From positions 2,441,172-2,505,171 of the forward strand of contig NW_002060945.1 in the NCBI RefSeq assembly GCF_000150275.1: a DNA stretch of 64,000 nucleotides. Reading direction: 5' to 3'. Shown one piece after another: positions 24,801-38,899 of this stretch. The stretch comes from Trichoplax adhaerens (taxonomy: Eukaryota > Animalia > Placozoa). Both the position numbers and the translations under genes were made by a program. The notes beneath the pieces were generated by a model. That model searched no databases. It saw only the letters and a list, made by a program, of their open reading frames with translations, and was not told the DNA's origin. Numbering within the stretch: position 1 is the stretch's first letter; the number at the start of each line of letters is the position of its first letter.

Positions 24801-27800
24801 TATAATGAATAGGTAAGAAATTAATCCTAACTAACTGCGCTTACGAATATGATTAGCCCTAGTGAGATCGTTGAGTTATGTCAGTCTTAAATTGGTGGAG
24901 AATAAGATTTTGTTTACGTAAAAGGAATATCAAATTTATTTGAGTTTAAAGAATAGCAAGTTCAATAAGATAAATTATAAAAGGAAAAGATACTAGGTTA
25001 AGTAGCAATCCTGGTTGCATACGGCATACACTCGAGTGAAATTACTTTGGTTTAGTAGCGGCTCTATATAATTATACAAAAGATAGCCATAGATCAAAAT
25101 ACTATATATAATCTTACCTATTAGTGAAATCGAGATAATTTTGCGTTTTTGTTCGAATGTCCTAGATTTAAATACTTCGATGATTATCTTTTAATGGCAT
25201 TTACAATTTGGCGTTTATGACAGATTTTGAGCATGTCGTGATATTTTTGCTTGATTTTGTATCATTATCGAATAGGTCAAATAACTTACAATCAGTGTTT
25301 AGCCTTATATTATAATTGGTTAAAATTTTGAACCTTCAAGTAACAATCCACTTCCGATGACGTCAGATTGAAACTAAAACTTTTTTACATATAGGGAAAA
25401 GATTAAAAAATGCATTGTTTTCACTATAGACTAGATTATACTACAGCCAAAACAACGTGCCTTACTATAATTTAAGTATAGATCATTCCTTACTAATAAA
25501 GCCGAGTTACGATGGTATATCAAGATAGCTAAAGTAATATTAGCAAAATGGAAGAGCTATGACTGTAGAATTACAGCTCAAGATTATTTTATACAGTGTT
25601 ATCCATGAAATCAACCAGAATTAATCTAGATAATTGCTGTATCGTACGCAATAATAAACCTTAAATCTTCTAGATCGAAATCCCCGGAAAAATAGACATA
25701 GAGTACTATTACGGTTATTTATAAGTTAATAGCGTAGAAGCAAAATAAAAGACTCTTTCTTTTACCTGCAAAAATGAATTATTACCTGTACCATAGCAGA
25801 GCATGGTAGAAATATAATTTACGGATCAATAAATGTGTAATGCTCGTATTTGCATGCTGTGTAAATGTTATTAAGATATAACACCCTTGTAATCTAACAA
25901 AGTACATTGTTACTGTGCTAAATAATGAAAGCGACACATTGTAATTGAATAAATATATGCAGTTGTTGATTAGTTTCAGTAAATATTATGTAAGTAATAT
26001 ATTTCAATAGCACCTGCATAAATAGGAAAGACTAGTTCCATTCAGTATTCAAGAATAAATCTAATTATCAAGCACCATTTAGTCATTATATGTTGATAAA
26101 ACTTTTTTGTGATGCTTCTTTGCTACTTCCATTATTATTAATAAATTATCAAAATATCACAGGAACTAACTTTGCTGTATGTTTTCATTTTTAATACGGA
26201 GCTGAACTCTTATTGATGTTTAATTAACGGTAAAGCTAAGTAATTTTGGGGTCTGGAATTTCTCCAAGGTTTTATAATCTTGATAGCATTAGTTGGCAGC
26301 TTGACATCTTAACGAACAATATTGAATCGGCTGGTTGTCGACTTGTGAACTACTATAACTTCCACGTTATGGTCTAAAATGTTACTATAGTCTTTAATAA
26401 TTTTTAGCTAGCGAATTCTCAGGACCTGGTTTGATGATGTCCTGCTGAGACGGAAATTATGAATTAATAAATTACTGTAGCATTCTGATGTTTTTATTGT
26501 ACGCGAATATAGTGACTTGATAACTGCATTCTTAGAATGATCATTTGTTTAATATCCTTCTTGAAGTAGAGGTTAACAATAAAGGTAATCTTGACAGAAA
26601 TGATGCCGAATAATGGCGAATTTATTATTGTGATTTACTATATTCATTTATTTACGTGGAATTTCTCTTTCTTTAACTATTGTAGCATTAAACTGATCTT
26701 ATTCGATAATATGAGTCGATTTAATCAAATGCTATAGTGTAAGTTAATATTATGAGTTACGATTGTTATGGAGTAATATATTTTATGAATTACGTGCTAA
26801 TTTTGTAAAGATAAAATTCGTGACTTTTAGGTTTTGAGTACGAATTTTATCTTTGGTAATCCTTGACTATTTTACTAGGCCGGTGTTAGCTTCTATACGC
26901 TAGGCACGCAAATGGCCTAGCGTCCATAACTACGCTATTCTACACTATTAGCTGATTTACTAAATTTACTACACTACTGTATAAATACAGTATGTATGGA
27001 TATAGTAGCTAATGTTAGGGTTAAAATCTAATGATTATCATGAACGAGGCTCATTGATGTATCGGAGATTTACTCCTAATTTAAATAATTTTGGTTGGAA
27101 TCATGGTAAGGAATTCTCAATCTGAGTCGAAAGAATAATTCCGGAAATCTCAAGTTTATGTCGTGGAGGGCTAATCGTCGCTTTCTTACAATTGCAGCGA
27201 TTCGGGTTACATTGAAATTATTGCTTTCAAAACAATCTAATGGACAATCTTAGTGGAGTTCGAGTTATCACTCATTCATGAACTAGAATCATAAAGTATG
27301 CAATATCTGCGCATTATATCGAAATATTTGGTGGCTACCTAATAAGCTATTAGAAGGATGCTGAAATAGCATTACTATCAACACTACCTGGTTTTAGTCA
27401 GTCCTGAAGTTCCAGCTATAACAATAAAAAAGTATCTAAATAACGTTTTTGTCAATAGATAACGAATACGCAAGCATGAATTATTAATCGTGAAATTTAT
27501 GCCTTCGTTACTATAAAATATTTACGAACGTGTGAACGAAAGATCGGTAAAGTAATTGCTGTATCTAGTAATTTTTACTATTATTTCTATATTAGATTAG
27601 AAACTAAATAATTATCCTGCTCAGAAATAGCATTAACAAATCTTGATATTACTTACGATTCATCGTAACAATTTTAGCCATACAAACTCTTTTTATCTAT
27701 TTTTTCTATAATAGAAAATATTGGAGCCTAACTAGTATCCAGTATACATAACGAAGAAAATATTTCACATTGCAATGATTTCTTTTTCGATAAAACACAC

Positions 27801-30800
27801 CATTTTCTTAATTATTTTGGGCTCTCAGTACTCCCTAATATAAGATATCTGCTGATCTTAAAAAGATATTTCGGATTTTTGGATGCTTAAGATTGAATTT
27901 TTTGGCCTTATTTTCTAAAAATATTATATCCTGTGATGTACTATCATTATGCTAAAAGTCATTGACGACGTTGAAAAGAAATCCAGTCAGTTCTAGATAC
28001 CATTTAATTTGAACGTAATTCATTTATTTAAGTATATGCTGCTGGTATCTAGTACTTTGAGCATTAAATATGTAAAACTGATAGTATTTTTAACCATTTG
28101 TTGCTACCGCAATTGCTCAAGTGAGTTGATAACTTTGCTATATACTTTTATTAGTATCAGTATCACTAATGATAATATCTTACTGTTTATGGTATTTCTA
28201 GAAAACCGTAGCTACTGCATATTTATAAATGTATGTTAAATTTACAATCAATATTTATCCACTAATCAAGATTAAGTAGTTCTTTGAAATGTATCACATA
28301 CTTTATCTGCGAGTATATTCAAATATCCTTATACAGTAGGATAATCCAATTCAATATCAAAATTATGTTAGCGATGTACTGTACAGTTATTAAATCACAA
28401 CATGCTACTCTATTCATTATTTTATACTTCAATAGGTATTCCTTTCTTAATAGTTTTGGAAATTTATTTGATATAATTAATTAGAAGCTATAGATGAGTT
28501 GTCTATTCCAATTTAAAGTTCAAAGGGTATTTTACAAATTTGTTTAAGTTGCTTTTAAGATATTAAGCCAACCCTAGGATTTTATGTCTCTATTTTTAGC
28601 AATCAGTCTACTATGGCTCATTTTACCACTACCGGCAATTTCATTATGCAATTGGATAAATTACTAGATATAAGAATAACTTTTTAAGAGCTTTCATACT
28701 CTCTCTTATGTAGCTCTATTATGTATGTCGAATACAGCGATCTATTATGTATGCCGAATGCAGTAATAACCTTATGTAGTAGCAATCATTTATGCTTTTG
28801 ATCATATATTCTATGGCGACCATTTCTGGTAACTGGCAATCATCTTCAGATATCGTATTAATAATATATCTTCCCTATTTGTTTACTACAGTAATATGAG
28901 CCATAGTAATATTACACAGGAGGAGTTAAAGTCACGATAGAGGCTTAAACTATAATCCTAATTAGCCTTTTCTTACGTTATGGTACCTTTTCTAATTACT
29001 AAGTATCTTAATTTTCTTAAAGATCTATAATCCTTTACCCAACAAATTTATAGTTTATTGCATTACTGAAGCTGTATAGATAGTAAAAATTTTTCATGAT
29101 TTGGTGCGGTTTCCTTACTAATCTAGAGTCAATAAGTCAAAAGGTCTATACTGTTCAAGTAGTAAAATTTTCCTCGTCTTATACACTCTTTCCTGTTTTT
29201 ATAGATAAGTATTTCTATAATTAATCTGGAGTACAAACAAAGCATTACACGATATACCGTAAATTTTTACCAAAAACTGCCTCAATTGGTACCCCTATGC
29301 TTGTACGGTTCGCGCTTGAGTTGGCCAAAGTTGATCAAGCTTTTGGAAATAGGAAATTATCGCGTAGAAAATCATTGCCATTGGTATAGCATATTGAATG
29401 CTGAGTAGTGGCTGATAAGTTCATGCGAAATGTTTCTTAATAACTAAATTAAACATTCTTACGGTGATATCTGATATTCTAGATCTTGTAGGTATCGGAG
29501 TAAGTGATAATACTCTGGCAGATTTCACATAATGCATTTCATAAATTGCTACTAACAAACGGTCACGTTGGCAGTTGTTTAAAATTATTAATATCGGCTT
29601 ATTTTTCCAACAGAGTTGCTAGAGTATCCACAAAGTAGCTTGACTCTTACACGATATTCAACCTAGTTTGGATTGAAGTATCGGATTTTCTAATTGCAAT
29701 ATATCAATCTACTCTTCCATTTCGTCATTCTTAAATGAAGAATATGCCAGTAGCAATTCTTCTATACTAATTTCATTCTAGACAGAAGTGTAACTATTGA
29801 TATGAATCATTATTTATGCTATGCACTATTGTTATTAAAGAGTTTCAACTTTGTCTCTGCTTTATATATCTAACTCTTATAGAAATATGTATATACATAG
29901 TATAAAGGTAGATAAAATACTATCATAATTATCAAATATCGTCACTATACAACAACTTAAATATACAGTATTCATCCTAACCACCTTTACTTTTACCTCA
30001 TAATAAGTAGTCGCTAAAGCGGCCTTAACGTTGAAATCTCGATATTTATTGCTAAATAACAAAGCATATTCTATAAGCCAGTTGTATGGTGAAGATTTAC
30101 ACGAAATGAAATTGATGATAAATTCTACTTTATTTGAAATCACATGTCATGAAAAATGAATAAATGCTAGGAAGGAAAGATAACTCAAATTATATCCAAA
30201 AAGATATTATGCTACTTCAAATTGTAACATGTCTATAAATACCGGTTTGCACTTGCTTTATATGCGTACGGCGATAGTACAGTACAAATATATAGAAGTT
30301 ATAGCACTTTAATGTAGTGTATAGACTCTCCTAACTTTTAATTATCATTATACAGAGCAACGCCTTAATTGATCGTATGTTCCTATAGCGCAGTAGAATA
30401 GTGTCCATGATGGAAAAATTATTACTAATGTATAAATCAGGTAATACACTTATATCTATTCAGTTAAGAGTTACTGACAGAAATACTGTAAATTATTCTA
30501 TTAGATTAGGAGAAACTGATTTACCGAGATGATTAGTATATTCATGAAATTGATTTCATTATTTGCGCTAAGTGATTTGTAGTAAACTTGAAAACAAGAT
30601 TGAAATATTATCCTGACGCTTAAAAATGTAATATGATTTCGCTGGCTTTTTTCCATTTTCTCATAAATTAACGTATCTTGTTGTGTAATGCATTAATATC
30701 CATGGAATAAAAATTTAAGCGATTGAATATTCTTTTATATAGGATAGGCATTAATAGTATCTCAACTGTTGAAGAATGCAATCGACAAGGTATTAAATTA

Positions 30801-33800
30801 AATTACAGACTTTCTTCCTTTCTCGAAATGGATTAGATGATGGTGGAATCTTGTTTAACATTGGATCATTGCATGCTTCTTTTTCGCAATATTTCTTAAT
30901 GCTGCCATTAAAAATAGTAAAGCATTAATAATTAAGGCTGTAGTGAGTCAGTATTTCTGTTAATAATTATAAAGTCAAATCTTTTTCAATATCCTCTATA
31001 TTTAATGCATTAACATTTAAATATTGTCAATAGCAAATATCTTGGCGTATGTACTCTTGCAATAGGCAATAAATCAGAAATAGTCACAACAATTTAGCCT
31101 TATGATACTGACTATATTACAATATAAACGATGCTTAAACTATAAAGTACTATAGTGTATGTAAACAGTTTCAAATATATTGAATTCCCCTACGTGATTC
31201 TGTTATAATTAGTTCTGCTCTAGCCATTATCTTAGGAGATTGTTAAATTCGTACGACTAAATGAATTTTAAAAGATAAGCTGGATCAAGGAGAAATCAGA
31301 AAGGTAGTTACAAGAGTAAGCAAGCTTTCATAAAAGTGAACAATATGACAGTTATGTCACAAGAAGGAGAGATTAAATAAAAGTTGTGTATCGTATCAAT
31401 CAAATAATTCATAATATCCACTAAAGATTATCAATCTGTTGTTTCTTTTAATAGTATCTTAGCAGAGTTATAAAATTATGCAAAATAGTCGATAGTACCA
31501 TACAAAACTAATTGATTCTATCTAATTTATCAGTTTCTCACTAGAGCCTTTAGCTGGCCAATTTTAAGAGCTAGTCTAAAACGTATCTGAATAGGCCATA
31601 TTTAATCGGATTGGTAGATGAAATTGGCATCAGCAGATACTGACTAAAGAGTTCAAAAAGAGCATGATTATGATTTAAATGATATCACTAGCAGATAGAT
31701 TAGATCATCATATCACAATCAAATCTTATGAGAAATTAGAGTAAACAACAAAATCACTTATAGTATTATAGACATTCTTAAACTGAATAAAAAATTCACT
31801 ACGGCGCATTTTAAAGAAATTGAAAATCTTTCCACACGTCAGGCGATGATACATGTATAAGCTATTTTTATGTCATTCATAAGTATTATTTGGATTACTT
31901 TTAGGCAGTTCTTTCTTTGTAATTGATAGTATTTAAGGACTGAGATATAATGTAAGTCTAGCGCTTCTTTTTCTTTTTTGTGAAGTGCCGCGAAATATTT
32001 GTTGAAATACAAAAGTGATGAAATTCGGAAATCCTAGCGAATACTAGTGTGAGAAAAATTTAAATTGGCAGCAGCTTCCTGTAACAAATGGTGTCCATTG
32101 AGGACTGCTATAGTGATATGGAGTACTTGACAGGAGTCATATGAAGATATTTTTATAGGCATAAGAACATGTAATTTTAATTGCAATCAGTCCGTTCTAT
32201 TCCAAGGTATTGCAACTACTTTTTTTATTAATATCTCTAAAATATTTTCAGTGTGATCGCTATTTTAGAAATTTTAATAAAATAGTGCTTGAATTCATTT
32301 TGGTTGTTAAAAAAAATATGTTGGCCAGTCTAGAAGATGTATGTTAGCATGGAAACAAAGCCTTTACAGTAGCTATTTCTTATTTGCAATGAATCTTTTT
32401 TTTTAGGCGGGGGAGAAAGACATTAATACTATAGTTAAGAAAATACGAATAGATATTCAGTGTGTATCGTCTAATAGATATCCTTACTTGTTACTAGCTG
32501 TTGCAATGCTAATTCTGTTTATGTTAAATTCTCGCTTCAATTGTTCTATCATTTTTTTAGCATCATCAATTTTATGTTCGTTGCTAATACTTGCTGGCAT
32601 GATGGAGTGGATGGCGCTGAACTGAGAGACGGAATAATCTATAGCTTGATGAGTTTACTGTCTTTAAAGTGAGAAAAGAAGAGGCTGGGAAAAGCAGGAA
32701 ATTGAGTAAACAATAGGGTATTATATCTGTCTTGGGAGCAACAATGAAATAAAAATTTGTTGAAGTATTTTTATTGCAGGTAAGTTCTAAAGGATAACTA
32801 ATTGGTTGCTACGTAATCGTAACATTGAAGGATCGCTCTGCTTTTCTATCATATTATGCATAAAATGAATAGAAATGGTTACAGGCCTTTGTTACTAGTT
32901 AAAATGTTAATTAAGTTGATATATTCAAAAACAATATTGAACTGGTGATGCTTTCGCAATTTGACTATGCATATTCGTAGAATTTGTAAATTTGGCTGGA
33001 AATTACCCCCAAAACAAAATAATTACGTACTGAGAGCAGAATAATAGCAAAATGCAATACTTTCTATTTCAATCTCATAATGCATGTGGTCGGTATCTTT
33101 TGACTAAGTTGATAATTACTGTGTAGGGTTAAAAGGTCTGTTTGACTAGAAGTGATTGTTCTTTATTTTTTAATTTCATTCGGGTATTGTCTACATTCAC
33201 TATCATGCTTGTAGGGGAATAACTGGTGATAGAATCAATCATTAAGATGGGTAGCCATGGAATATCGAGTCATCTCTTATCTCATGGGGAAGATTAAGTA
33301 GTACAGTACTGTAGCATCGATAATAGAATTAATTAAAATGCAGCAACGGCCTATAAGGAACATAGGCAATTGTTAGAAGAAGAGATTGAAGATTTTAATT
33401 TGAAGGATACTGATATTGAGACAATGTGCAAATTTCATTTCAAATTTCTGCCAGATTGGCTAGAATGGCCAGTCGATTTACGATTACACTTTCGCTATCG
33501 TTTATGAACTAATATAAGAATGCAATGCAAGTTGAAGTTGGGTAGACAATATTGAATACTATGTCATAATAAACTGCAATAGAATCGTCTTATATGCGTC
33601 TTGTCGGCGAATAGAAATATTGGATAGTGGCAGAATCATCGGAATGAATTGTTTCTTCATACGATAGCTATAAGCGTCATTGAGGATTAGTATCGTGAGA
33701 TTTAGCGTCTAAGAGTAGGTCTGGTTTGTGAATAGACATGAATAGATGCAATCAATGGCGACCGTACATCGTTGATTGCTTAGTGTTATAGCATTTTATA

Positions 33801-34349
33801 GATAGTTTTTCACGACATGTAGTAAATAAGGCAAAGTCATTCGATAAGACAGCTGGATCGAATTTCGCGACTATGCTCAAACATACAGGTGATAACGGTG
33901 TAATAATGACAGTAAAGGATAGTAAAGAATCGCTTTGAAACGAAAAGGAATTGTTATTGCTAGAACATTCTGAATATCAAATTAATAATTTCCATGAAAG
34001 TCAGTGGACTAGAGCCTATTGAGGATATTTTATAGATATTCTCTCAGGTACTAAGTGAAAAAAAAAAATAAGTATAGTAATGGGTCAGTTGATCAAAAAT
34101 ACGATATATTGAAATAGCAATATCCAAATGCTGCGCACCTTTTTTCATTTTACAGTAGGTTATAAAAATTGTCTATGATACGATAAGAGTCAATTTCGAA
34201 TAACAGAAGACAATTTCGAACTCAAGTATCATTAATCGGTTTTGGTGTTTGGAGAGAATGCACAAGGCACAAGTTTTGGTGAAAGCCATTAGGATATTTA
34301 TTCATATTTCTCTACTACGACCGAATATAGAGTTAATTCGATTCTGAGG

Positions 34350-34860
34350 AAGAGCTAGATTTTGAAAATACTATCCATCGGCTTCTATACCGATTTATAT
34401 TCGTTTCCTTTATTTATCATACACATACGAGTATATTATTAGTACAGCACATGTTATTTCTTGTCCAGCCATCTATTAATACTACGTAGAATAACCGTTC
34501 ATTGACTACCGTAGCCCATTCATTATTGGCGTCATGAATGTTGTCCATTCAAAGAAATACTCCTAGGCTAACGAAAATGCTACAGTGCCGATTTGTATGC
34601 GTTTCTTCATTTATCATTAGAACATGCCATTTCTTGTCCAGCAACCCCATTAATACAGTGTCAAGTGACTATTGATTGACTGGTCATTAATGATTAGCGT
34701 AATGAACGTCGTTCTTTGAAAGGAGTAGCTAAACGAAAGCACTACTGTGCCGGATCGTATATGTTTCTTTAATTACTAATGTCATGACCGTCGTCAACTG
34801 CAAGCAATGGCTAGACGAAAAGACTACAGCACTGGTTTGTGTGCGCTTCTTAATTCACCT
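34350..34860 (+). repeat. Decayed tandem array with shrinking unit (about 200, 160 and 80 bp)
   Basis: Recurring gcta..cgaaa..ctac.gtgccg.tt.gtatgcgtttctt at about 34385, 34570, 34730 and 34810. Also catg..atttcttgtccagc..attaatac at 34449 and 34623. Confidence 0.75.
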
Positions 34861-35525
34861 TCAGCTAAAGTAATGCGCGTGTTTATACTCCACCGCAGTG
34901 TCGTGGTATGTGTTGTTCACTCTAACTTGTAACTACTGTAATTAGGTGAAATTATTACGAGCAGTCAATAACCGGTTCGTGCTGTGTGCAGGAACTGTTT
35001 ATTAGGCCATCCAAGAAAGATGGCAATTACTGCATTGTTCATAAAATAGTACTTCGCAGATCCACTTGATCTTCCAGACAAATTAGTTTTTATTCTGCAT
35101 GAATCTAGCCATTGAATTCATTGAAGTCTACAGTATAGTATCGCACGATTGAAGACACCAGCGTTACTTCGTTTTGCACACGCTTTCCAACACTGGCCAG
35201 TGTCTTGCAAAGTCAACAGGAAACCCGACTGGAAAGTGAGATTCGGCTTAAGAATTTCTATGGTGATACAGCGTATGTATAGCGATTGCAGTCATTTCGG
35301 GTTCGAAAATCAATTATTTGATCGAGTTCGGGTGGCGTTTTCACTCCATTGCAGAACTCTGCTGTACTGTAGACCGTTCACATTTTAACTTAATGTTTCA
35401 GAATGACATTCCTTTGCCATCCAGTTGAAATGTTAAGTGAAAGGACGAATCTTAGTACTATAGTACTATGAGTATGAAGGTTTATTACCCCAACAAGAGG
35501 AAATTTACTTGGAAATTTTCAATCC

Positions 35526-35653
35526 TTCAAGTTCAATTCGAATTGAAAGATTGTCCTCTAGTCCGTCAATGTCGCGTCCATTTTTATCCTTCAAGTCCAA
35601 TTCAAATTGAAAGATTGTCCTCTAGTCCGTCAATGTCGTGGCCATTTTTATCC
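35526..35653 (+). repeat. 64-bp tandem duplication (2 copies)
   Basis: ttcaagt(t/c)caattc(g/a)aattgaaagattgtcctctagtccgtcaatgtcg...ccatttttatcc occurs twice with few mismatches. Confidence 0.92.
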
Positions 35654-35669
35654 TGACGAGTATATTACC

Positions 35670-36500
35670 AGCGTACAGTGTACTGTACGAACGAATAGTA
35701 TTATACTGTACAGTACTGTACGTTTAATACTGTACCGGTACAGACATTTCCATTGATATTGTGTGTTTGCGCTAACTGGATATTTCCTGTGGATTACATT
35801 GCGTTCTAAGTGTGAACGGCGCACGTAGAGAAGCCGCCGTTTTTCAATCCAAGAAAGAGAGGGTAGAGTTAGTAGTTAGTTTTATAAAAACTTCAACGAC
35901 GTGTTCAATTTCTTGTCTGCATGCTCATTGAGAGTAGTAAGAACTTTCAATACAGTTGTTAGTATGAACTCTAGATCGTAATCCACAACCAAGACTGTAT
36001 ACTATACAGTGTATAGTACTGGCTGTACTGCACACTAGCTAATGTACCAGAGAACTTGGCAGAGAAAATCACAGCTCCATCCATATAGTACGTACTGCAG
36101 TTGTGGACTTGTGCTAATGCGTACTGACAACTATTTAGGATGAAACTTTTGCGGGTGACTTCATCGACACATACGACCGTACGGTACTGAACAGCGGCCG
36201 AGGGAAGCAACCATATTACTTTACATCGTACAGTAGAACACTGAATAGAGAATGCCTGACTGAGCACCAGTATACTCGTGTAAAAACTTGCAGTACGGTA
36301 CGGAACGAATTTCGACGATGACGTAGTTCTATGTTACCGTGTGATTCATGCCATCCGTTTAGTGCACAGTGTACAGTGTACAGTACGCTGCGATGTACAG
36401 TACTCTACTGTACCGTACTGGTCGATAAATCACTTCAACGTGATTTCAGTATGCAGTACTGTACACTGTGTACTGATTGCGTACATGGACCGTGACGTAT
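35670..36500. promoter_or_regulatory. CAGTA/TACTG island; probable VPS28 promoter region
   Basis: The same palindromic words as upstream of DDA1 (35672-35742, 35995-36030, 36361-36480), CpG-richer, with TGACGT sites, ending about 300 bp 5' of the VPS28 ATG. Confidence 0.55.
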
Positions 36501-36816
36501 ATATTATTTGTCAAAGCTGACCAACGCCAGTAACTGGAGACGGTCTGGAGTCGACGTTCAAGAAGAATTGGCCAACTTTCCATGCCAATTTGGCTGCTGC
36601 ATAGGATCCACACTTTTCCTCCTTTGACTGACTAGTTCACTACAAGTAGATAGGGTGTTGATCATTTCCAATCTCTTGGTTATCATCTTCTCTACAAGGG
36701 AAACCTCTTGCCCATTACCATTCAACTACTGCACTTGACAACGCCGTGTATATTGTCGTCTTCAAGGCTAGGCTGCCCAAAGTCTGGATAGTAGTCAACA
36801 CCCCAAAAAGGACAAC

Positions 36817-38231
36817 ATGTACAATTCTCAGATGAGCCATAGTGCTAGTAGTGGCAGTATTCGCTCGGAACTACTTGAAGAAGTTAAATTGTACAAGAAT
36901 GCTCGAGAACGCGAAAAATATGATAATATGGCTGAATTATATGCTGTTATTAATACATTGCAATGCTTGGAAAAAGCGTACATTAAGGATGCCGTCCCTC
37001 CAAAAGAATATACTAGTGCATGCTCGAAATTACTAGTGCAATATAAGGCAGCTTTTAAACAAGTTCAAGGCGATGAATTTGCTACTGTGGAAGCATTTAT
37101 GAGACAGTATAAGTTAGACTGTCCAGCGGCCTACGAAAGAATCAAGGAAGGAAGACCCATCACTATTAAAGATGATAAGGGAAATACCAGCAAATGTATT
37201 GCTGATACTGTTTCTGTAAGTTACAACAATAACGCTAGTTCAATGGATTGACTTACTCAATCGAGCATCCTTGGATGCGTACATCACGTATTTGCTCAGC
37301 ATAGAAATCAGTCACAATCTACTTTTATGCTGTAAATCATGCATAAATGATGCTTTTGACTTGATGAATACACTGCAGTTATCGATGGATTCAATACAAA
37401 CACTTTCAGTCTTTGTTCACGATATATCACAGAATCTTAGGGAGTTGTCATGAATTCTTGTATTGATCCCACGGTACCGAAAGTGATGATGGTTCTAACA
37501 TGACCAATATAGTTTAGTGGTCGATGTATTAAATACAGACCTTTATAGTCTTTACACGCTATTTCTGACAGTTTAGGTAAGCTACTCTGTCCTGTATTCT
37601 TGTATTAATCCCTGATATGTCAATGGTTTACACTTACGGTAGTAATAGCTAACAAAGTCGCTTAAAACGAAAGCTATCATCTATTCACAAAGAATCGATA
37701 TAAAGTAATACTATTGGTTAAACTAAAAGGCTAACTTTATAATGTTATCATTTCTATCTTATTGATTAGCTATTTATTACCATCATGGATAAACTGAGAT
37801 TGGAAATTCGAGCTACCGATGAGTTACAGCCTGACTTGCGAGAGCTACTAGAAACTATGAATAGGCTTAGCACATTACCTTCCGATTTCGAAGGCAAAGA
37901 CAAAGTCCTACAATGGTAAGATGATAGTGTAGCACTAGCGATATGAACAATTTTAAAATAATCATATCAATAGAATAGACGTTAACCATTATATTTCCAA
38001 TTGACCATAAATTGGTCACTTAAATATCTACTGTAAAATGATATAAATTAATTATAGACTGATAATAGGGAGATGGCTAATAAGGTGCCTTTTTCCTACA
38101 ATATTATTAGGCTTACCACACTATCAAGTATGAAGGCGAGTGATGAGTTAACGGATGAGCAAGCAAGGCAAATGATATTTGATTTAGAAACCGTATATAA
38201 TGCATTTAATCGCTTGCTTGCTAGTTCCTAG
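36817..38231 (+). CDS. VPS28: Vacuolar protein sorting-associated protein 28 (ESCRT-I), 221 aa
   Basis: Exons 36817-37215, 37770-37915 and 38111-38231 total 666 nt. They give [142 protein letters not shown]. Confidence 0.98.
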
Positions 38232-38899
38232 TCTGTTGGACAATGATCTCCAATTCCAAATGCTTAAGTTTATAATAGTGCACCTATAATACAATTGGCA
38301 TGCGCGCAATTCATCTCTACGGTTGTCCTACTGTAAATCTAATCTTTCTAATTCATAGAAAGATGTTAATTCACTTTAATCGTTAGATTTTGGAAGTTTA
38401 ATAGCGTCAATCATACGTAGTTTAACAGTAAAAATCGATAGTCTTTGAAGGCGGTAGAAAACGTTACAATTTATAAATTACAGATTAAAAGGTCGTTGCA
38501 CCTTTTTTTATATCAAGTCAAAAAATAACCGCCAGTTACCGTCATTAAAACAATTTTGAAATCCATGAAAAGTTGAAATGAAATTGGAATACTTTAATGA
38601 TAAAATATTTTCTAAAAAAAAGTGCCGCACTTAAGAATTCTGTACTGTATAGTATGATAGTCTTTAAAATACTGTGAATTTTTGCAACAAGCTAACGAAG
38701 CTTGTTATAATGTCTGACGTTAAACATGAGGCCAAGATGATATAGCATTGTCTAAAGAATAAATAATAAATCACATAGCTAAAGAGATACAAGTCGTTGA
38801 TAAGTATATTCAGGAAAACCATATCACTAGCGTCATTAGTAAGCTATAAGTCCTGCCGGTGCATAATTTATACATCTTTTGGGGACTTGGAGGTCCAAT

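Noticed and set aside
27011-27025. gttagggtta telomere-like or template-like word
   Set aside because: Only about 1.5 units, which is expected by chance, and there is no supporting structure.
35255-35312. tRNA-like GGGTTCGAA B-box
   Set aside because: No T-stem closure or acceptor stem can be formed.
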